Origin: Phoronis australis
Lineage: Eukaryota > Animalia > Phoronida
Reading direction: 5' to 3'
Length of the DNA: 64,000 bases
Assembly (NCBI GenBank): GCA_002633005.1
Contig: NMRA01000415.1
Location: forward strand, 283,161 to 347,160
Of this stretch, positions 1 through 15,219 are shown piece by piece. Position numbers and translations under genes: made by a program. The notes below the pieces were generated by a model. That model made no database searches and was not told the DNA's origin. It saw only the letters and a list, made by a program, of their open reading frames with translations. Position 1 is the first letter of the stretch. The number at the start of each line of letters is the position of its first letter.

Positions 1-589
1 CCTATACGCTTCATTGATAGGCACAGGTCGGTCTCTACTGGGTATGGGCGTTGCCTGAAGCTGGACGTTATTATGTGTCGTCTGTCCATGCCTAGTGCTT
101 TTTAGTTGCTTCTTACTTGTCGGAGAGCAACGTATTCAAGCGACTATAAGTCCGCGCATGTACATGTATCTCAATTCGGAATCAATCCCAACTGTTGTTA
201 GCAAAAGGTCCATAACGTCTGGAATTCGAGCCCCCCATTTTGAAGGCTGGGTGCGCGCGCATGCGTATATACTAGCGTTTCCGCCCAAGTGCGCGCATTT
301 TCTGGATACATGTTGAGTTAGCCGTGGCGCTTGAAATGGACATCCTAAAAAGAAACGTGAATTAAGCGTGGCGCGTTTTGTACCCTCTTGAACAGAAATA
401 ACAAAGCAAGAAATGCGTAATGTGTATATCAAAATAAAATTCGTCTACAGAAACGTAAATATCTTTCAAAACGTTGTCGGCGTTTCATATATTTGCAAAG
501 AACTCATTAAGAAAGTTGTATGTCGTAATTTAATCAGCAATTATTTAAGTAGACTTAATTCGTGTCCTGTCCCGTCTTCACTCGTTTCG

Positions 590-3500
590 TTATCTCGTCT
601 GTCTATTGACTCCAATCTTTTTCCGGTGGGGCTTGTGCTTTTTGCCAGGTTTGAAGGTATGCGCATCAAGCACCTGATTGGCTTTCTTCTTGACGTCGTC
701 ACGTGACACAAACTCCTCATTCTCCTGACCACCTCCAATATAGAACACTTCGTCTGCAACAAGAGAGCGTGCTTACAAAAGAGCGTAACTCTAAACGCTA
801 AGACTTCCTACTATTCCTGGAAAGCTTTTGCTACCGTGTGAGTGTAACTTAGGAAATATTCATCAGAGAGAACGGGACGTCACGTCATGTGCACCTTGTG
901 TCCTGTTCAGTTTCTGATGTCCTGTAACGAATCCGCCCGTCTATCAGATTACAACCAATGACCTACCATGATAGCAACTTTGTGCAGTAGATCTACAATA
1001 TAACTAGGTATTAACCACTTGGATGTCCCTTGTCGATTTATTTCTAGTAAGTCAAAGACTGGACAGTACCTTCTACGTCAGAAGTCTTCTCCATGCCGAC
1101 ACGCACGTTTGTACGCGATAGCTTGTTTTCCAAGTAGTCGTAGTACTAGAATGAAAAATGTAATAATTCCAGAAGTGCGTTTTATTTACGTTTAGTTATT
1201 AATACACGTTGCAATTTCTCTCCGCGGTAATTATTTTCAACATTTGCTCACTGATTTGCAATATTGGTACTTCTAGCTAGTAAGGAAACGAAATTTCTAA
1301 ACCGTCTTTTGGAGAATTGTAAACTGGTGCAGTTGCCGAATGACAGTTTTCTCCGAAGTTCTGCACAACGTGCTGACAACACACCTTGCAGCTTCACATT
1401 TGCTCACTCAGTATCTGATTGCATCTACAATAGACCACAATGCTCACGGAGCAGCAAGACAAGCAGAATAGCCAAGGGTTTACCGACGACGTCTTCAAGC
1501 GCTCCGCCAGGTCAGCCTCGTTTTCAATGTCCAATTCCTTCATCAGCGTCTCTATCTTTTCCACACATATGGCCATGTCGTTGACTACATCAAAGGTTGC
1601 GTAGTTACGGCCCAACGGGCGGAGCTTCACGCGGTTGAGCTTCTCGTGCAAGTTAGCTACTCCTGTCTTGATAGCCACAAGTATGTCCCCGTTCGTCTGA
1701 ATTTCCTTGTTAATCTCCAAGTCTTTATCCTCGCAAAATTTGAGTCTACCTTGTGCTTCATCCAATAACTTTTGTCCACTGGAAAACATTGGCGCCTGAT
1801 GTATACAATGCTGTATAGAAACACCCACCTCGGAACCATATGCAAGAAGGATTCCTCATAACGTTATGCACTGACATACCTTAAGACGAATCGAGCAACA
1901 CGCGTTCTTGAACTGCAACATTTCTATTTAAGTGATGCGTTCAGTTACATGTATGTACATGATGTACCCACCTCGTAAGGTCGCGTGTTGGCCATGGGAG
2001 TGCATAGCTATAATGTTACTCTATACTTTGTATGTACAGTGGAAACGTAAACGTTATACACTGTAATTATCACGTCACAAACATTACTTCGACAGTTTCT
2101 TCTCTCCCGAATACTTCATGTCCTCGTATTCCAACAACAGTTTACTTTTCTCCTCTGCCAGGTCGTTACAAAGTCGCTGTCGCTCGTTGCGTTGCGTCGT
2201 AAGGATTTCCTTGGTTTGATTCTGATTGGTCACGCGGTCTATGGCGTCCTAACTTACAGGAATACAAATACGCTTATACATCATGTAACAGTATTCCATT
2301 TGTTGGCTATAGCTCCTACCGGTATATGGCGCAATTAAATGTCAAGCAGCGAATCGCAAGGATTTGGCAATCTTTTTAAGAAGCCTGTAGTATTGCTAAG
2401 ACTGGAAGTACATGTGTACCTTGCAGAATATGCTGTTAGACTATGCTGGATTGTAACGCCTTTGTTGTTACCGGCGTTTTTGCATCGATAAAACAGAGCG
2501 GACCGATCAAAGTCGTCGGCTATAGTTCCCCCAAAAAAGTAGTCGCTAGGCCATTCTAGACTATCCGTTGTTATTTCACAGCCGTGGTCTCGTCATGGCC
2601 TTGAGCCTGGTGTTTTACCCAGGTGACACCAGGGTCTCGTGTTAGTAGCCATCCGTCTCTTATACGCCAATGCTGTGATGAACACTGAATTTTGGGAACA
2701 CATGTTTAAGATGATTCAACTGTGTCTCGCGCAATTATCAATAATTAAATTTATCTCTCGGCACTCGTTTACTCAAGTATTTTGGTTGAAAGACGACGAC
2801 TGACGTCTCCTTTCATTCATGTTCAGGTGATTTGTGATGAAATATATAAAGACATTGTAAGCTTAACCTTAACGTCGGTGACTGTCGTTGCTCTTTTGAT
2901 GACCGTAAAGGCGTGTTCAAGCGTCGTAATCTTCATTTTCTGTTGACTCTCTTTACTTTCACTGTTGAGTGGTCTGTCGTCTAAAAACGAAATACAGCTC
3001 GTAGTTGACGCTGTTACTGAACGAGGATCAATCCTCCAATGGCAGCAAGTGTCTAACCGAATACACCCACGAATCAATGACATTGTTCGATTCTCAGTCT
3101 TCACAACGGAAATGCAACCACAAAAGTAAGCGTGGGTGTGAAAGTAATTTAATGTCGAGCTGAAGTGCCTGTCGACGCTACACCACAAAACTGTAGCGTC
3201 TTGAGATTATGTACATTTAGGACACACAAATTGTCCAAATTTGGCTAAGTTCGGAACTTCATATCTCAGAAATGGATTACCGGAAAATTTTAGATACTGT
3301 GCTTCATGTTCTGTTTTCGTAACCTTTGAGAATTATTCGCAATCTAACCCACTTAAATTTCCATTACAGGGTACCAAATATAGGACTTCTATGTTTTTAC
3401 GAAAAGAGTAAAGTTAATAAAACGGAATTTACAAAACTCATTTGCAACGGAATTTTGTCACGTTATCCGTTGGCCGCGTTTTGCTCTGCCCGTGAATGTA

Positions 3501-6500
3501 CCTTTCATTTTTGCTAAAAGGGAACGGCAACGTGACTTAATCAAGGGATGCTTATAACGCCAGTATCAAATTCTACCCGCTTACCTAAAACGTATGCTTT
3601 ACTCGAGTTATTTGGGTGAATGCTGAATGCACGGTCACGTCGATAAGTTACTACATACGGCGGACTGGTTAGTGGTATCCAGGCCGGTTACTGCTTGTTG
3701 TGATTGAACTGGGCGCATAAGCTGTTCACATTTTGTTGCAAATCGCAGAACTAGTGTAAGGTCAGCCGCAAAGGTAACTTTACATACAACATATTTACAG
3801 GTGATTATGAAAGGCGAATCAGGTGCAGTTCTTACACCTTGCGACTGATACGTCACGTATATCAACCGCAAAAGCTCAGTTTAGCAATCGCTAGCTGATG
3901 CGCCTTTTGTATTCAAGTGCATGCAACAAGTTATAGAGATATTACATTTGCGATTGACATCGTAGGTCTGCGGTTGAGAAAACGTGAACGGGTATGCGAC
4001 CAGTTCAATAACTATCCAATCTCTGTAAACGACAGCCACGTGAAGTCCTCCAACAAATCCATCTACGTCACTACATGTACTTGGATATTGACTTACCAAC
4101 ACAGTCAGAAAGCTGTATGGACTGCATCTTGGACTGAAAATAAATTCGTGTTTTACATTGGCTGATTCAAAACAAATAACTCTATACACTCAACTTGGAG
4201 GAAGCACTGGAGCCTCTCAATATTCTTCGGTAGGAACTTGTTTCGGCCGGCTTCTACAATTTCCATTTTGCATACCCTTAATTGGATCTCGGACAAATTA
4301 ATCTACCGATACTTTGCTTTAATGAGTGGAAAAGTTGGCTTGCGACTTAGAACACTTGCGACAACAGTCGTGGACTAATTTTTCACGAACTCACATACTT
4401 TGTCACAATCAAGCTTAGATCCCACGCATACTGGAATTAACTGTGTAAGATAAATCCCCGGGTCATTCGAATCTTTTCTTCACGACTAGGAAGTCGTACA
4501 TAGACTCCTAAATCCTCATGAAAGCTTCAAAAGTTTACTAATTTAGATTAATAGCCGACAACCTGGCTGCAGGTTTAGTCATTTTAGGGCGCATAGCTTT
4601 CACTAAGTGGACGGGCTGCGAATACGCACCTTGCCTTCAAACTTTTTCACGTTCTCTTTCCTTCTCTCCACTTCTTTCCGCGTCGCGTTCAGTTGACCTT
4701 CCCTGTTCCTCTTGTTCATAAACGCACTTTCTTCGCATTCATACAGCTCTTTCTGGTTAAAGCAAACCAAAACTGTATTTCTGCCGTCTTCAGAATCGAC
4801 TGTTTATGCACAGGACATTTCAAAATGATCTAGAAAACGCTGGAATTCAACAAAGTTTCGACACGCATACAACGACTAAATATTCCATTTGTCGTCTACT
4901 ACAACCCGTTTCAATTCTGTCTAAATCACTACAAGTGTTGTTCATAGACTTTGAAAGAAATGCGACAAATAACTATTTACAAAAAGAGCATTTTGGTCTA
5001 AATTCGTTTAACACTTAACCGCGAAGAAGTTTCAATTGCTGTTGTTTGACAAGGTTCGGTAGAAGTCGATTTACTTTACCTTTTGTATTTGAGTCGTTGA
5101 GACTTCACACAGCATGACTAGTTACCGCTATCAACTCTGAAACAAACCACCCTGGCTTGCGCGCCACTTTGTGTGAAATCGTTTTATGTTAGCAAAGGTG
5201 CACCAATATAATACCGCTTTTTGTTCGTTTCTCATTGAACACTGGCTTATAAGGCGTCCGCTCACCTTGGCAACCTGCCGGATCTCCTGCGCCACGTGAT
5301 TGGTTTTCCTCAACTGCTCCAGCTCTTTGCTTCGTTCCATCAGTGCTTGCTCCACGCAGTCCAGCTTACCCGGGTAGAGAACGGTCTCCTGAAAGCACAG
5401 TTTGTGCTTAAGCTTGCTCATACGCAACACAAGGCACGTGCACCGTGTCGAAATTGAGACAATTAATTTTATATTCTTATCGGCTCACGTGCAATGGATG
5501 CTCGGGATAAATAGGGACGGCAATCGAATTTAAGTTTATCACGGTGTTTTTATATTAGAATCTGCGTTACGCTTTTAATGCTCTGTCGTTAACCGTGTTG
5601 GCAACGACCTGGCATATCCTTTTTATAACGCGGGCCACAACCTTTGTCGGGTTAAAGTCTCTCCAGTGTGAAGAGCAGCGCAAGTACAATACAACGCATT
5701 TCTACTTGACCCAAGACAAAGAAAGTGGAAACAAGACGAATGCCTGTTGTTAAGTAAAACCATGACGAAAGGCAGAGCACTTTTTCTGACAATTGTGACA
5801 ACGTATTACTGGATTGGGATGGGCACTTCACCACGTGACTGGAAGTCACCAACCATCATTCTGAGGGTTACTGCAGCTATTGACGGTCGACGACGTTCAA
5901 GTAGTCGATCTACTTTGGCACGTGAAGTATGCCTCACATGTGACTCACCAATCGCCTGGAATCATAACAACAGTCACACGACACTACCAGTCTTCACCAA
6001 GTTACCGCTGGTGAACAATGCGCTTGTCCACGTTAAACAGTCAAACGTACCAAGTGGAAAAGTACACATTGTATAGACATTATCACGCAACACTGCCAGT
6101 GACATATTCAGGTCTGTGAACTTTTCCATATGAACAAACAAAATTCTAGGCAACCCGTGGACGCCTTGTACCTCCATCAGCCTAGACTTGATCTGCTCGT
6201 AATGCTTCGTGATATTCATCGCCATGTTGTACTTGAGGTCGGCCTTATCAAGCGCGTTTTCAAGCCTGCGCGCTTCCTGTAAAGAACAAATAAGCGCTCG
6301 AGAGCCTCGGGGTAAGAACTGGTTTCTACTGCTAGCAAATCTGGCAATGTCTTACAATCGCATAGAAAAGAAATTAAGCCTGCTTTCAACGCTTTGATAC
6401 CAAGGAGAAGTTATCATTGCAATCGTCTTTGAAAACTAAAAAGGAACGCATTGAAATGGCGCAGTCAAGATTGACCACTGTCGAAAACAATATTTCGCCT

Positions 6501-9500
6501 CTAGAACCAGAGATCTTGTGCTTGTAAAATTTTAAAACTACCATAGGCGAAACCGACTTCACTGATCTTTATACATTAGCGTTCCAGTGTAAGAATGACT
6601 GTAAGAATACCTCAATTTAATAGTGATGGTTTTGCATGGCTGCAGGCTTCAAGCAACGGAAATGTAAGGAGTGGAAGAAGTTAAATCGCCCCTTAAATGT
6701 ACGTCCCACAAGATAACCGCACTGCAGAAAAGTACTGGGTTCCAATGCGTAGAAACAAAGACATGATTGGGGTTTCGACTGTCGTTTATGGTTGGCCAAA
6801 TGGACAAATCAAGCGCTACGTTATTACAGCAGTATCCTTCCCTTACATGGGCAACCAGACTAACCCATATCGTCAATGTTAAACGACGCAGGTCAAACGA
6901 AAACGTGCTCAGAGTGGTCGTTTCAAACCTGTGTCAAATTCGTACGAGAGTCACGAGTGATGCCCTACCTGAGCGTTAGGGTCATCCCTCTTCGTTGCGT
7001 CTATGAGGGCCTGGTTGGTCTGTAGGTCGTCTTGAAGCTGGAGAAGTCTCTCCTCTTTCTTCTTCCTCTCGTACGTCAGGAGGTTCAGCGTGTTCACCTT
7101 ATCAAGGCACTTGGTCTTCATGTGATTCAACGCCTCCTGGACGTGAAGACAGGAACGATATGCGTGAAGTTTAGGGTTATAAAATAGACGGTTACAAAAT
7201 AGACGGATAATTAAAAAATTGCCTAGCTTTTCCGAAATTATAGAGAAAACGATGTAGGAAACCGGGGGTAAATTAAGTGTAAACAAAAAAACATTTTCCT
7301 TTGAAATTTTTTAAAATTTTGTTGAACAATTACAGCAGTGGCCAACACAGCCTTGTTGAGTCATTTATCTCAAAATGCAGACTGCAATCACTCACCGGAG
7401 CGGTTTTCTTTTGAATGTCAAGCATTCCACCGCGTCGGTTGTGTAATATATTGTACAACATCTGGTTGTCACCCTGGAACATGTATTGTTACAATCACAG
7501 CCTACTGAGGTAGATGTAGATGTGGGTTTTACATGACACTCACTGTTTCACAAGAAGCAAAAATGAGAATTGATCGGGTCAACTTAAGAGACGGAAACAA
7601 ACGTGGTTTCTAGACTAGAGATCTAATCTGAAGCCTTTAATATACGTTTCGAGACGTGACTTCAAGTCACGTTATTGGCGAAAAAATGAAACTGAAACTT
7701 GAAGACATCCTCAGCCCAGATTCGAACCGTGTACAATCGCGATGGCAGCCAATCGTTCTACTTGCGAGCTACACTGTACATATCCCAAAACTTCACATAA
7801 TTTTAACCGTGTTTAACTGGTAAATTAACCCGCCTTGATTTCTTCAAATATCTGGTAGACATCTGTGAGAGATTGTGATTTGTAATAATATCCCCCAAAA
7901 CACTGGTCAAAGCTTATAACGTCAAATGTCTATCGCATTCATAAAGCCAGTATCCCAGAATGCGTTTATTTGGCCGTACAAAACGTTGGTGCCCCTTAAT
8001 GTAATTTTCATGCTTCTGTATTTGAAGCAGGTAATCGGGTAGCACTGTATTTGCTAACCATTTTTGCTCTATATGACGTGCATTACATATCGAATATCCC
8101 ACAACGTTGTTTGGAATTTCTGCGATTAAACAGCAGTCATTCAAGAATTTTTTTCCATAAAATTTGGAAATCCATTTCCAAGAACATTGCCATCACTAAG
8201 TTACATAATAAAATTATACACAAGAACAAAAACCTGCAGCCAAGGAACTGCTTTACCAAACGAAAACCAGTAATCTTGGCATTTGTGATAGTTATCGCGC
8301 TATTTATTCAGATGTCATTCTAGGCCAAAACGAATATCTTTCACATAAATTGTAAATTCAAAAGAATTAATCTGTATTTTCAAGAAGGAGTTGAAAGCGT
8401 TCTGAAAAAGAATTTCAGGGCGTTTGTATATGTATTAGATCATTGAGCGCACTGGAATTGGAGATCATTTTAAAGAACCATTATCGTCATTTGTAAATAT
8501 TTTTTTGATGGCGTTGACTTCTTGAAGTTCTTAGTTTTGGTCTGAGATATAAAACAACGAAAACCGTTGCGTTTTGTGCAAATCAATCGACCATTCTTTG
8601 GGAGCTTGGCCAGTTTCGTTTTCATTTAAGTACGCTTAAACTACTTTATTACGCGTGAGATTTGGCTATTACTGGTTTGTGAGTGGGTTGGATTTAGAGC
8701 TGCTACTATATAAGACTATTTCCACAGTGGGACCCATGTTTTCATATCCAAATAGCTGTCTAATTCTCTGACCTGTTCACGCTTCCAGAACGATATTATG
8801 CCTTCTTGTCGTGTCAGAACAGAAATTAGCTAGAAAAAGTCGGATAAACGAATCCAACTTGTCAGTATCTCGAACTCTCGGCAGTGACCTGAAAAGTTCA
8901 TGCCGCGACCTGAAATTGTTGAGTCTGGTAAGCAGTAAAAACGAACTTTCAGGTTTTTGTTGAGCCCAGACGTCACTTATAAAGTGAGAAAGGGGTAAGA
9001 CCTTCTTACAATCAGTAACCTGAATTAATTTTTTAACAGAATGCGTGTGTATAATGCTACTATAAAGTTTTATTTTTCCACAACTCTTGATAGAATGATT
9101 CCTATTTTTATCAAATATAAAAGTCACTGTACGCTAATTTGCGTGGTCATTAGTTCGTTAATGACGGAAATACTGGAACTAAAAAGTGGGGGACATTGAT
9201 GGGACACCCGATTTAGCACCAGGTTGCTCCTTCGGCTTACTATTACGGCGTTGGCCAGCAGGACACGGTTCACTTCATTGGATCTTCTGCTGTTCACTAT
9301 CTCATCCTCGTTTTGTAGCACCTCTTGTCGTTGTGATTCTATTATAGTTTTCTGGTCTCGTTCTGCAATATTTAGTAACACGGAATTAAGGGGCGTTATT
9401 TGGCGGGGCCTTGGATGTGTGCAAGTAGACAACCAGCAGCTTCGGGGCATGAAGTGGCTGTTGTAACCTTAACTAACGACTCCGTGAAAAAGTGGCCCCA

Positions 9501-9738
9501 TGCACACGGGTCGATTTTGCACTGGGTCTAAATTTAACGCTTTAAGAATTTTAAACCCACGAACAAATGAACCTGCGCCTGGTGAACAAGTTCTGGACAC
9601 CTAGTTGTGAGACCATTTTCAACGACTTCATATAATTGCTGTTAGCTACTAACGCATTACCAGACGTTGTTTGTCATTCCTCACTATCTGCGTCGTTAGT
9701 GCGTTGTCTTCATGATCGCCATAGTAAGTTGGAGACAT
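590..9738 (-). CDS. ODAD3: Outer dynein arm docking complex subunit 3 (CCDC151)-like coiled-coil protein, 13 exons, ~558 aa
   Basis: Phase-consistent GT-AG exons in transcript order: 9654-9738, 9241-9362, 7396-7473, 6969-7136, 6172-6276, 5266-5388, 4630-4752, 4190-4253, 2868-2980, 2088-2248, 1484-1778, 1070-1145, 590-753 (1677 nt, stop TAA). Coiled-coil peptides resemble CCDC151: RRLENALDKADLKYN, EYEDMKYSGEKKLS, IKTGVANLHEKL, YLENKLSRTNVRV, FVSRDDVKKKANQVLD. The first exon and the 64-nt exon are the least certain. It could be a divergent paralog. Confidence 0.8.
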
Positions 9739-12576
9739 TATTGACGAGAGCCATTGTCTTTGTCGGTTGCTTGATGGAGGACGAGGGGTGCGGGGTGGAC
9801 GACGGAGGGGACATGCAACACAAAACTGATGGTCACAGAATAACAATTTGTATCGTCAGAGAGTCATGTCGGCGCGACTAGTGGTGGCGACTGAGGGAGG
9901 TATGGGGACAATGTCAATTTCTGCATCGAGCAACAATAATCCTAATTACTGTCTGCCACTGCTGTGCGTTGTGGTACGTCATCGCCGAATTTTTTTACAT
10001 TTATTTATGATATGCGGACTTATAGTGAAGCCCAGGGTGCCCACCCGGCTACCTATGAACACGACCGAAAGGGGCGCCGTCAGTATGTCACTTCATAATA
10101 AAAACGTAGCTGAGGGAACCGTCCATGTCAAAACGGGGCCAAAGCTCGTGTTGGCATTGGTAGAAATGAAGCTGGGGCAACACAAATTGCACGTGCACCA
10201 AGTTTTGTACCAGTGCTTTGCATACCAGTCTCGTGCAGTTGGAGCAAAGTCAAGGTGAAACCATGGTGTTCAAATTATTTGCGTGGTGCATGGAGAAAGA
10301 GCTCCACCTGCGCCAAACAAAGCGAATATTTCAGTTCCCTCTGAAGGTAAAGCATTCTTAGAAATTGCATAGCTACAGAAACTTGCTAGTCGGCAGATGA
10401 TGCATGAAGTTAATCCCGTCACACTGCAACCTATCTCGGCATCGAAACATCAGAATCCACACGACAAGCTCAAATGCCCTAAATTTGGCGCACCGTATAT
10501 TAGATATTTACACTACATATTGCCCTGTCTATCAAAGACTTAGCAGTCTTCTAACCGAAGAACACACCAGTCTCGTGGAAATCTCCAGATCATACAAGTA
10601 GTCTAGTCTGTCCAAAATCCCGTGGCAAGCAGATTGGGACCTGATCACGTGTGGTGCATCGCAAAAACAGGCATGGTGAGGCCAGCTACTAAGTTTTTTA
10701 ATAAGTAAATATTTTATTTCTCAAAAGAGGGAAAGTAACAGCAAATGATAAATAATAACAATTTAGTAATGTAAAAGATATAACATTCACACACCATTCA
10801 TACACCCACGCACTCTTAATGTACATGTTACTTCCAAAATTATGCATGTGTTAGTAATTATATGTCTAAGCATTTACAGAGGGCTTTCCAATAATCTCAG
10901 TAATCATTGGCGTGTCCGTCACCTCAGGAATTTTTGTTTTACACTAGCGCCTTTGTTGACGCCTTTAGTATATGTCATTTAAGAACGTTGTCAAAGAATA
11001 AACAAACCTGCAACGTAAATGAACGACATTCGACACTGAGAATTTCCATTCATTGAGAACCTGCTCCCATAGCAGGGGATACTGATGCCGCTCAAATGGG
11101 TAGTATTTCACAAGCAGTTTCTTTACAAAATGGTACACTTTCCGATCAAATTACGAGCTAAAAGTCCATTATTTCAGTTCCCAGGGGTCAGGGCACATCT
11201 CTTCTGTGATAGTAGACCTGCTCCACCTGGGATACTGTGAGCCTAGTTCTCATACTATGCTTACCTTTGAGTTGTAATTTCCCTCTAAACTCTGTAATCT
11301 GGTCCTTAACAGGCCACACCTCCTTGAGGTGGGCGAGCTTTTGGTTACGCGTATTAGGCATTTTACCTGCGACAGGTACGAGTGAGCGCCAGCTTGTTTA
11401 CCTGGCTAGGATTGGAGAGAAAACAGATGCAGCAAATCATATAAACGAACACAATGAGAATTCTGGAGGCCTATCGACTCGCAGATGTACAAGCCGTAGC
11501 AAAACTGAAGACATTGGGTGCACTTGATCGACCTCTTGGGTTCAATCGGCCAAAACATTTGATTGGTCTTTAGGCCGAAAGTCGTCATCTAGAACCAATG
11601 TGGGTGGAGTTCAGTAACGCTAGGACCTCGCTAAAATTAAGACTTCGAGATAATACGCGAGATGTTGCCGTGTATATTGAATGCATGCGTGCACCTAGTC
11701 TAAAAATGGGGGGCTAGAATTTTTTAGGATGTGGACCTTTTACTTTGGCTCGTTCGAACACCCCGAGCCCGTGAGACAGCTACTGAACTCTACCCAGAAC
11801 GTTTAACCAATTGACTTGGCGGAAAAGGCGAAGGCAATGCAATTGCGGCCATTACAATAGTAAGGAAGTAAACCTGCATTTAGTAGCAGACTACCTTGTC
11901 CTTTTAGTCACCATCTCCGTATTGAATTTAGAGCTTCGGTAAATTAATAAACGGTAAGTTTTGTTTTTAGAAGACTTTTTCAAGGTATGTTATGCGGAGA
12001 AAATGACCACTCACATATTTAATTGCTACGCGTATGCATTTGACCAATGTTTCAGCAAAAATCTTTGTGAAGTGAAGTAAAACACAAATTATTGATTGTC
12101 AGGTTATGAATCAGTCAAATTAACATTAACACGAATACTAGTTCTGGACAATGAAAATACTTGTATGTTCAAATTGCTTGACAACATACAGGATGTATGA
12201 TTGCATAAATCCAAACTGGGGTGGCTGTTTTTCATGCAGAGAGGGTGGGAGAGTATATCGCATGGGACATAAGACTTATGAAAAGCTGTCTGTCTATCGA
12301 ATTGCCAACTTCAGCTATGTACCTACCTGGCAGTCTATGTTTAGTGAGCTCGGCAATGAAAACGGCTTATCACACCGCGCCACTGAATCGAATGCACGTG
12401 AATTCGAATGCAAGGTAGCGTGCACAAAACGCGACGAGTTTCACGTTTCCTTTCATCAGACTTCATAGACGAGCGGGAATCATATACCTTAGAAATGACT
12501 CTTTAAAAGGAGTGGGGATGGTCCTCACGCCTTTCAGTTGAATCTTTCTTGAAATCATGTTGATACACTCATTTTT

Positions 12577-12648
12577 TGAAATTCTAGTTTAAGACCACTT
12601 GAAATCCTAGTTTTACGCCAGTTGAAATCCTAGTTTTACGCCAGTTGA
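12577..12648. repeat. 23-bp tandem repeat, ~3 copies
   Basis: ttgaaatcctagttttacgccag occurs twice exactly, preceded by one diverged copy. Confidence 0.75.
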
Positions 12649-13279
12649 TATAATCCGGCTAATTTGCATGCTAAAATGTTCAGTTGTAAGCTACCAATGC
12701 CAGGGGTTTAATGTAACATGTGACAAAGTCGATAGGTCATCAAATGCGAAAACGGACTAGAAGCCCTTTGCATAAATCATTAATGTACTCGAGCACAGAA
12801 TAATAGACGGATTAGTTGAGTTCTCACATTAAGTTTAAGTAGAACAGATCAAATGCCCCAAAAATAATTCTAAGAACGATTTCGAGCAGAACGATTAGAT
12901 ACCTTCCTGAGGCTGAAATTTTGTGTATTACTTTCGTGACGCCGAGTCACTTCGGACATCGAGTTGTTTCAAAAATTAAAAGAGGACTGCGTATCAGAAA
13001 AGTCATGAAAATTCAGAAAATTCATGATCAGTATGCTGAAACTGGAAAACAGCAACACTGCTCATGTCGTTTACAGCGCCTGCGATCGCCTTAGATTCTC
13101 TGAGTTCACGAAATATATCGCAATCTACTTTGCCCAGTGTATGCGACCAGTTAAACTACAGTTTAAAACACGTTAAGGGTTGTCAAATAATGTTATTTAT
13201 TGTGTTGTAAGCAGAAAAGGTATACAAGACTCTTCAAGATGGACATACTTTAGGAAGAACGACACTGACGTACACATAA

Positions 13280-13438
13280 CAGGGGCGGATCCATGATTTT
13301 GAAATTGAAAGGGGGCGGGGCAGGGTAGATTATTGGCAAAGACTTTACGTGTCAGACGTTAGTACCCCCGAACTGCCAATCTAGGAGGATCTAGGGGTGA
13401 GGCATGGCCCCCTAGGCACCCCTCTAAATCTGCCACTG
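13280..13438. mobile_element. Small MITE with CAGGGGCGGAT...ATCTGCCACTG termini (hAT-like ends)
   Basis: Imperfect terminal inverted repeats and G/C-run subterminal sequence. No TSD recognised. Related ends occur at 14590-14631, 15193-15463 and 35376-35406. Confidence 0.6.
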
Positions 13439-15219
13439 CTTAAGTGCCCTTACTAAATAGAAAAAACGACAACATATTTATGAAGAACACCCTGACGGGC
13501 CTAACGCGCTTTTATCTCGATGAATATTTAGTTAATTTCAGATCATTCAATTGTTCTTCCAAAAATATTTTCAAAAATGAAAAACAAAAAATATTTGTTC
13601 GAATTTTGAGTGCCATTGTTCATTAATTTGCAGTGGCATGTACGAAACGTTGTTGAAGAAGAACAGCTGATTGAAGAATTTGGGGAAAAAGAAATTGGTG
13701 ACGCAAAATTTCATGGCACCGAAAGTGAAACAATATATCGCAACAATAATTGAAAGTAAGTATTTTTCGTCAAACAACGTTTGACAGAAAGTCCGGGATA
13801 GGCTTTGTTTCGGTCCTTGAGTGTCCAGTCCGATTCCCAAGGGTTCCGCTGTTATGAAGGTCAGGGCCGGTCAGCTGAGTCGGTTGTGGGAATCTGGCGT
13901 GGGTTCAGTGACGCTAAGCCCTAAGGAGCTAACTAAAATTTAGCCTAAGTCACGTGTTCTCATTTAAAAATACGGGGCAGTATCTCGCGTTATATCGCAG
14001 TCTTGCTTTATAGCGATGTCTGGCTGGCAGGAGGCGTTTCATCCTGGACTGTGGGAGCTATTTCAGGTAGGCCTACGGCCGGTGGGGTTAGTGTTTTCGA
14101 TGGAACACTGATCTCGACCAGACTGTGTAAACAGGCTCAGGAATTCTTCGATCTTAGTCAGAATCACGGTCCCGACCAACAATATTGAGTGTTCTACAAT
14201 TCAAACGGCAAGATTTTGTGATGACCCTGGACCATGCCGGCATGATAGACAGATTCCGAATCTGGCATAACTATGAAATGAGCTAGTTCTGTCTGAACAT
14301 TCGCTTAATCGCAGCAATGCCTCATAGCTGCGCGGATGCTATTTTACGACAAGTATAGTGACCACATAGGCCTACTCAGAGAAATGAAGACAGTTTACAA
14401 CTCTTGGATCAGATTGTAAAACAACATCTTCCCGCGTACTCATATAGGCCCGTCACACAACCCAGTGCATGGCGTTTCAGCGGCCACTGCGCCCCTTTCT
14501 ATAGTCTATGGCAGTAACAATTGACCTCACACTTAGTACGACATACAACATTCCCCTACGCTCTTGCTGTTTTATTTTTTTGCGGCAGCCAAAGGGGGGG
14601 GGGGCCTGGACCCGCCTGAAATCCGCCTATGAAAACCGAAGTTGGCGACAATCTATTCTTTCCGAACGAACCAATTAGCTAGGGGAGTGTGTTCACACGT
14701 GTTCTGTAATAAGCCTGCTTGAGACAAAAGACTGTGGTTGGCAGTTAAAAAAGAAGTTAGATGTTATCACACGCTCACAACTACCCTCATCGTCTGATAA
14801 AGTCACTGAACGGGAGAACCATATGCAACATGGCGTTTTACCGCTGCTCCCTACTTGTTCGATTCTATAGCCAATAACAAGTTGGGAAGATCACCCCTGT
14901 AGCCAATATCTCTTACACGACTGATTAACTCCATTCCGCATTTTATGCATGGTTGGAGGGCTGGTTCTCTTTTGTTCGATAATTCAGTGCTCTTATCTCC
15001 GATCAGATCGTATCTATAGCCTCACTCAGGCAGTATCTTTGACTCAGGCTGCTCTGCTAAAAATTAAAGTTAAGTTGTATGCCTAACATATATACATAAT
15101 TAAACCAATAGCATTTCTGAAGATGCTGATCATGTTTAGTTAGTGAGGCAAATATCCCGGCACAGACAATCCATTCTGTCAGGTTTTAGTAACATGGGCG
15201 GATTTCAGGGGGGGGGGGG

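Noticed and set aside
3917-6882. Plus-strand ORFs inside ODAD3 introns (3917-4165, 5747-6076, 6697-6882) as a nested gene
   Set aside because: No recognisable domain, and no phase-consistent exon chain could be built.
10695-11560. Possible minus-strand LINE or processed-gene relic ending in AATAAA and an A-rich tail
   Set aside because: Only vague peptide resemblance with many stops; not supportable by eye.
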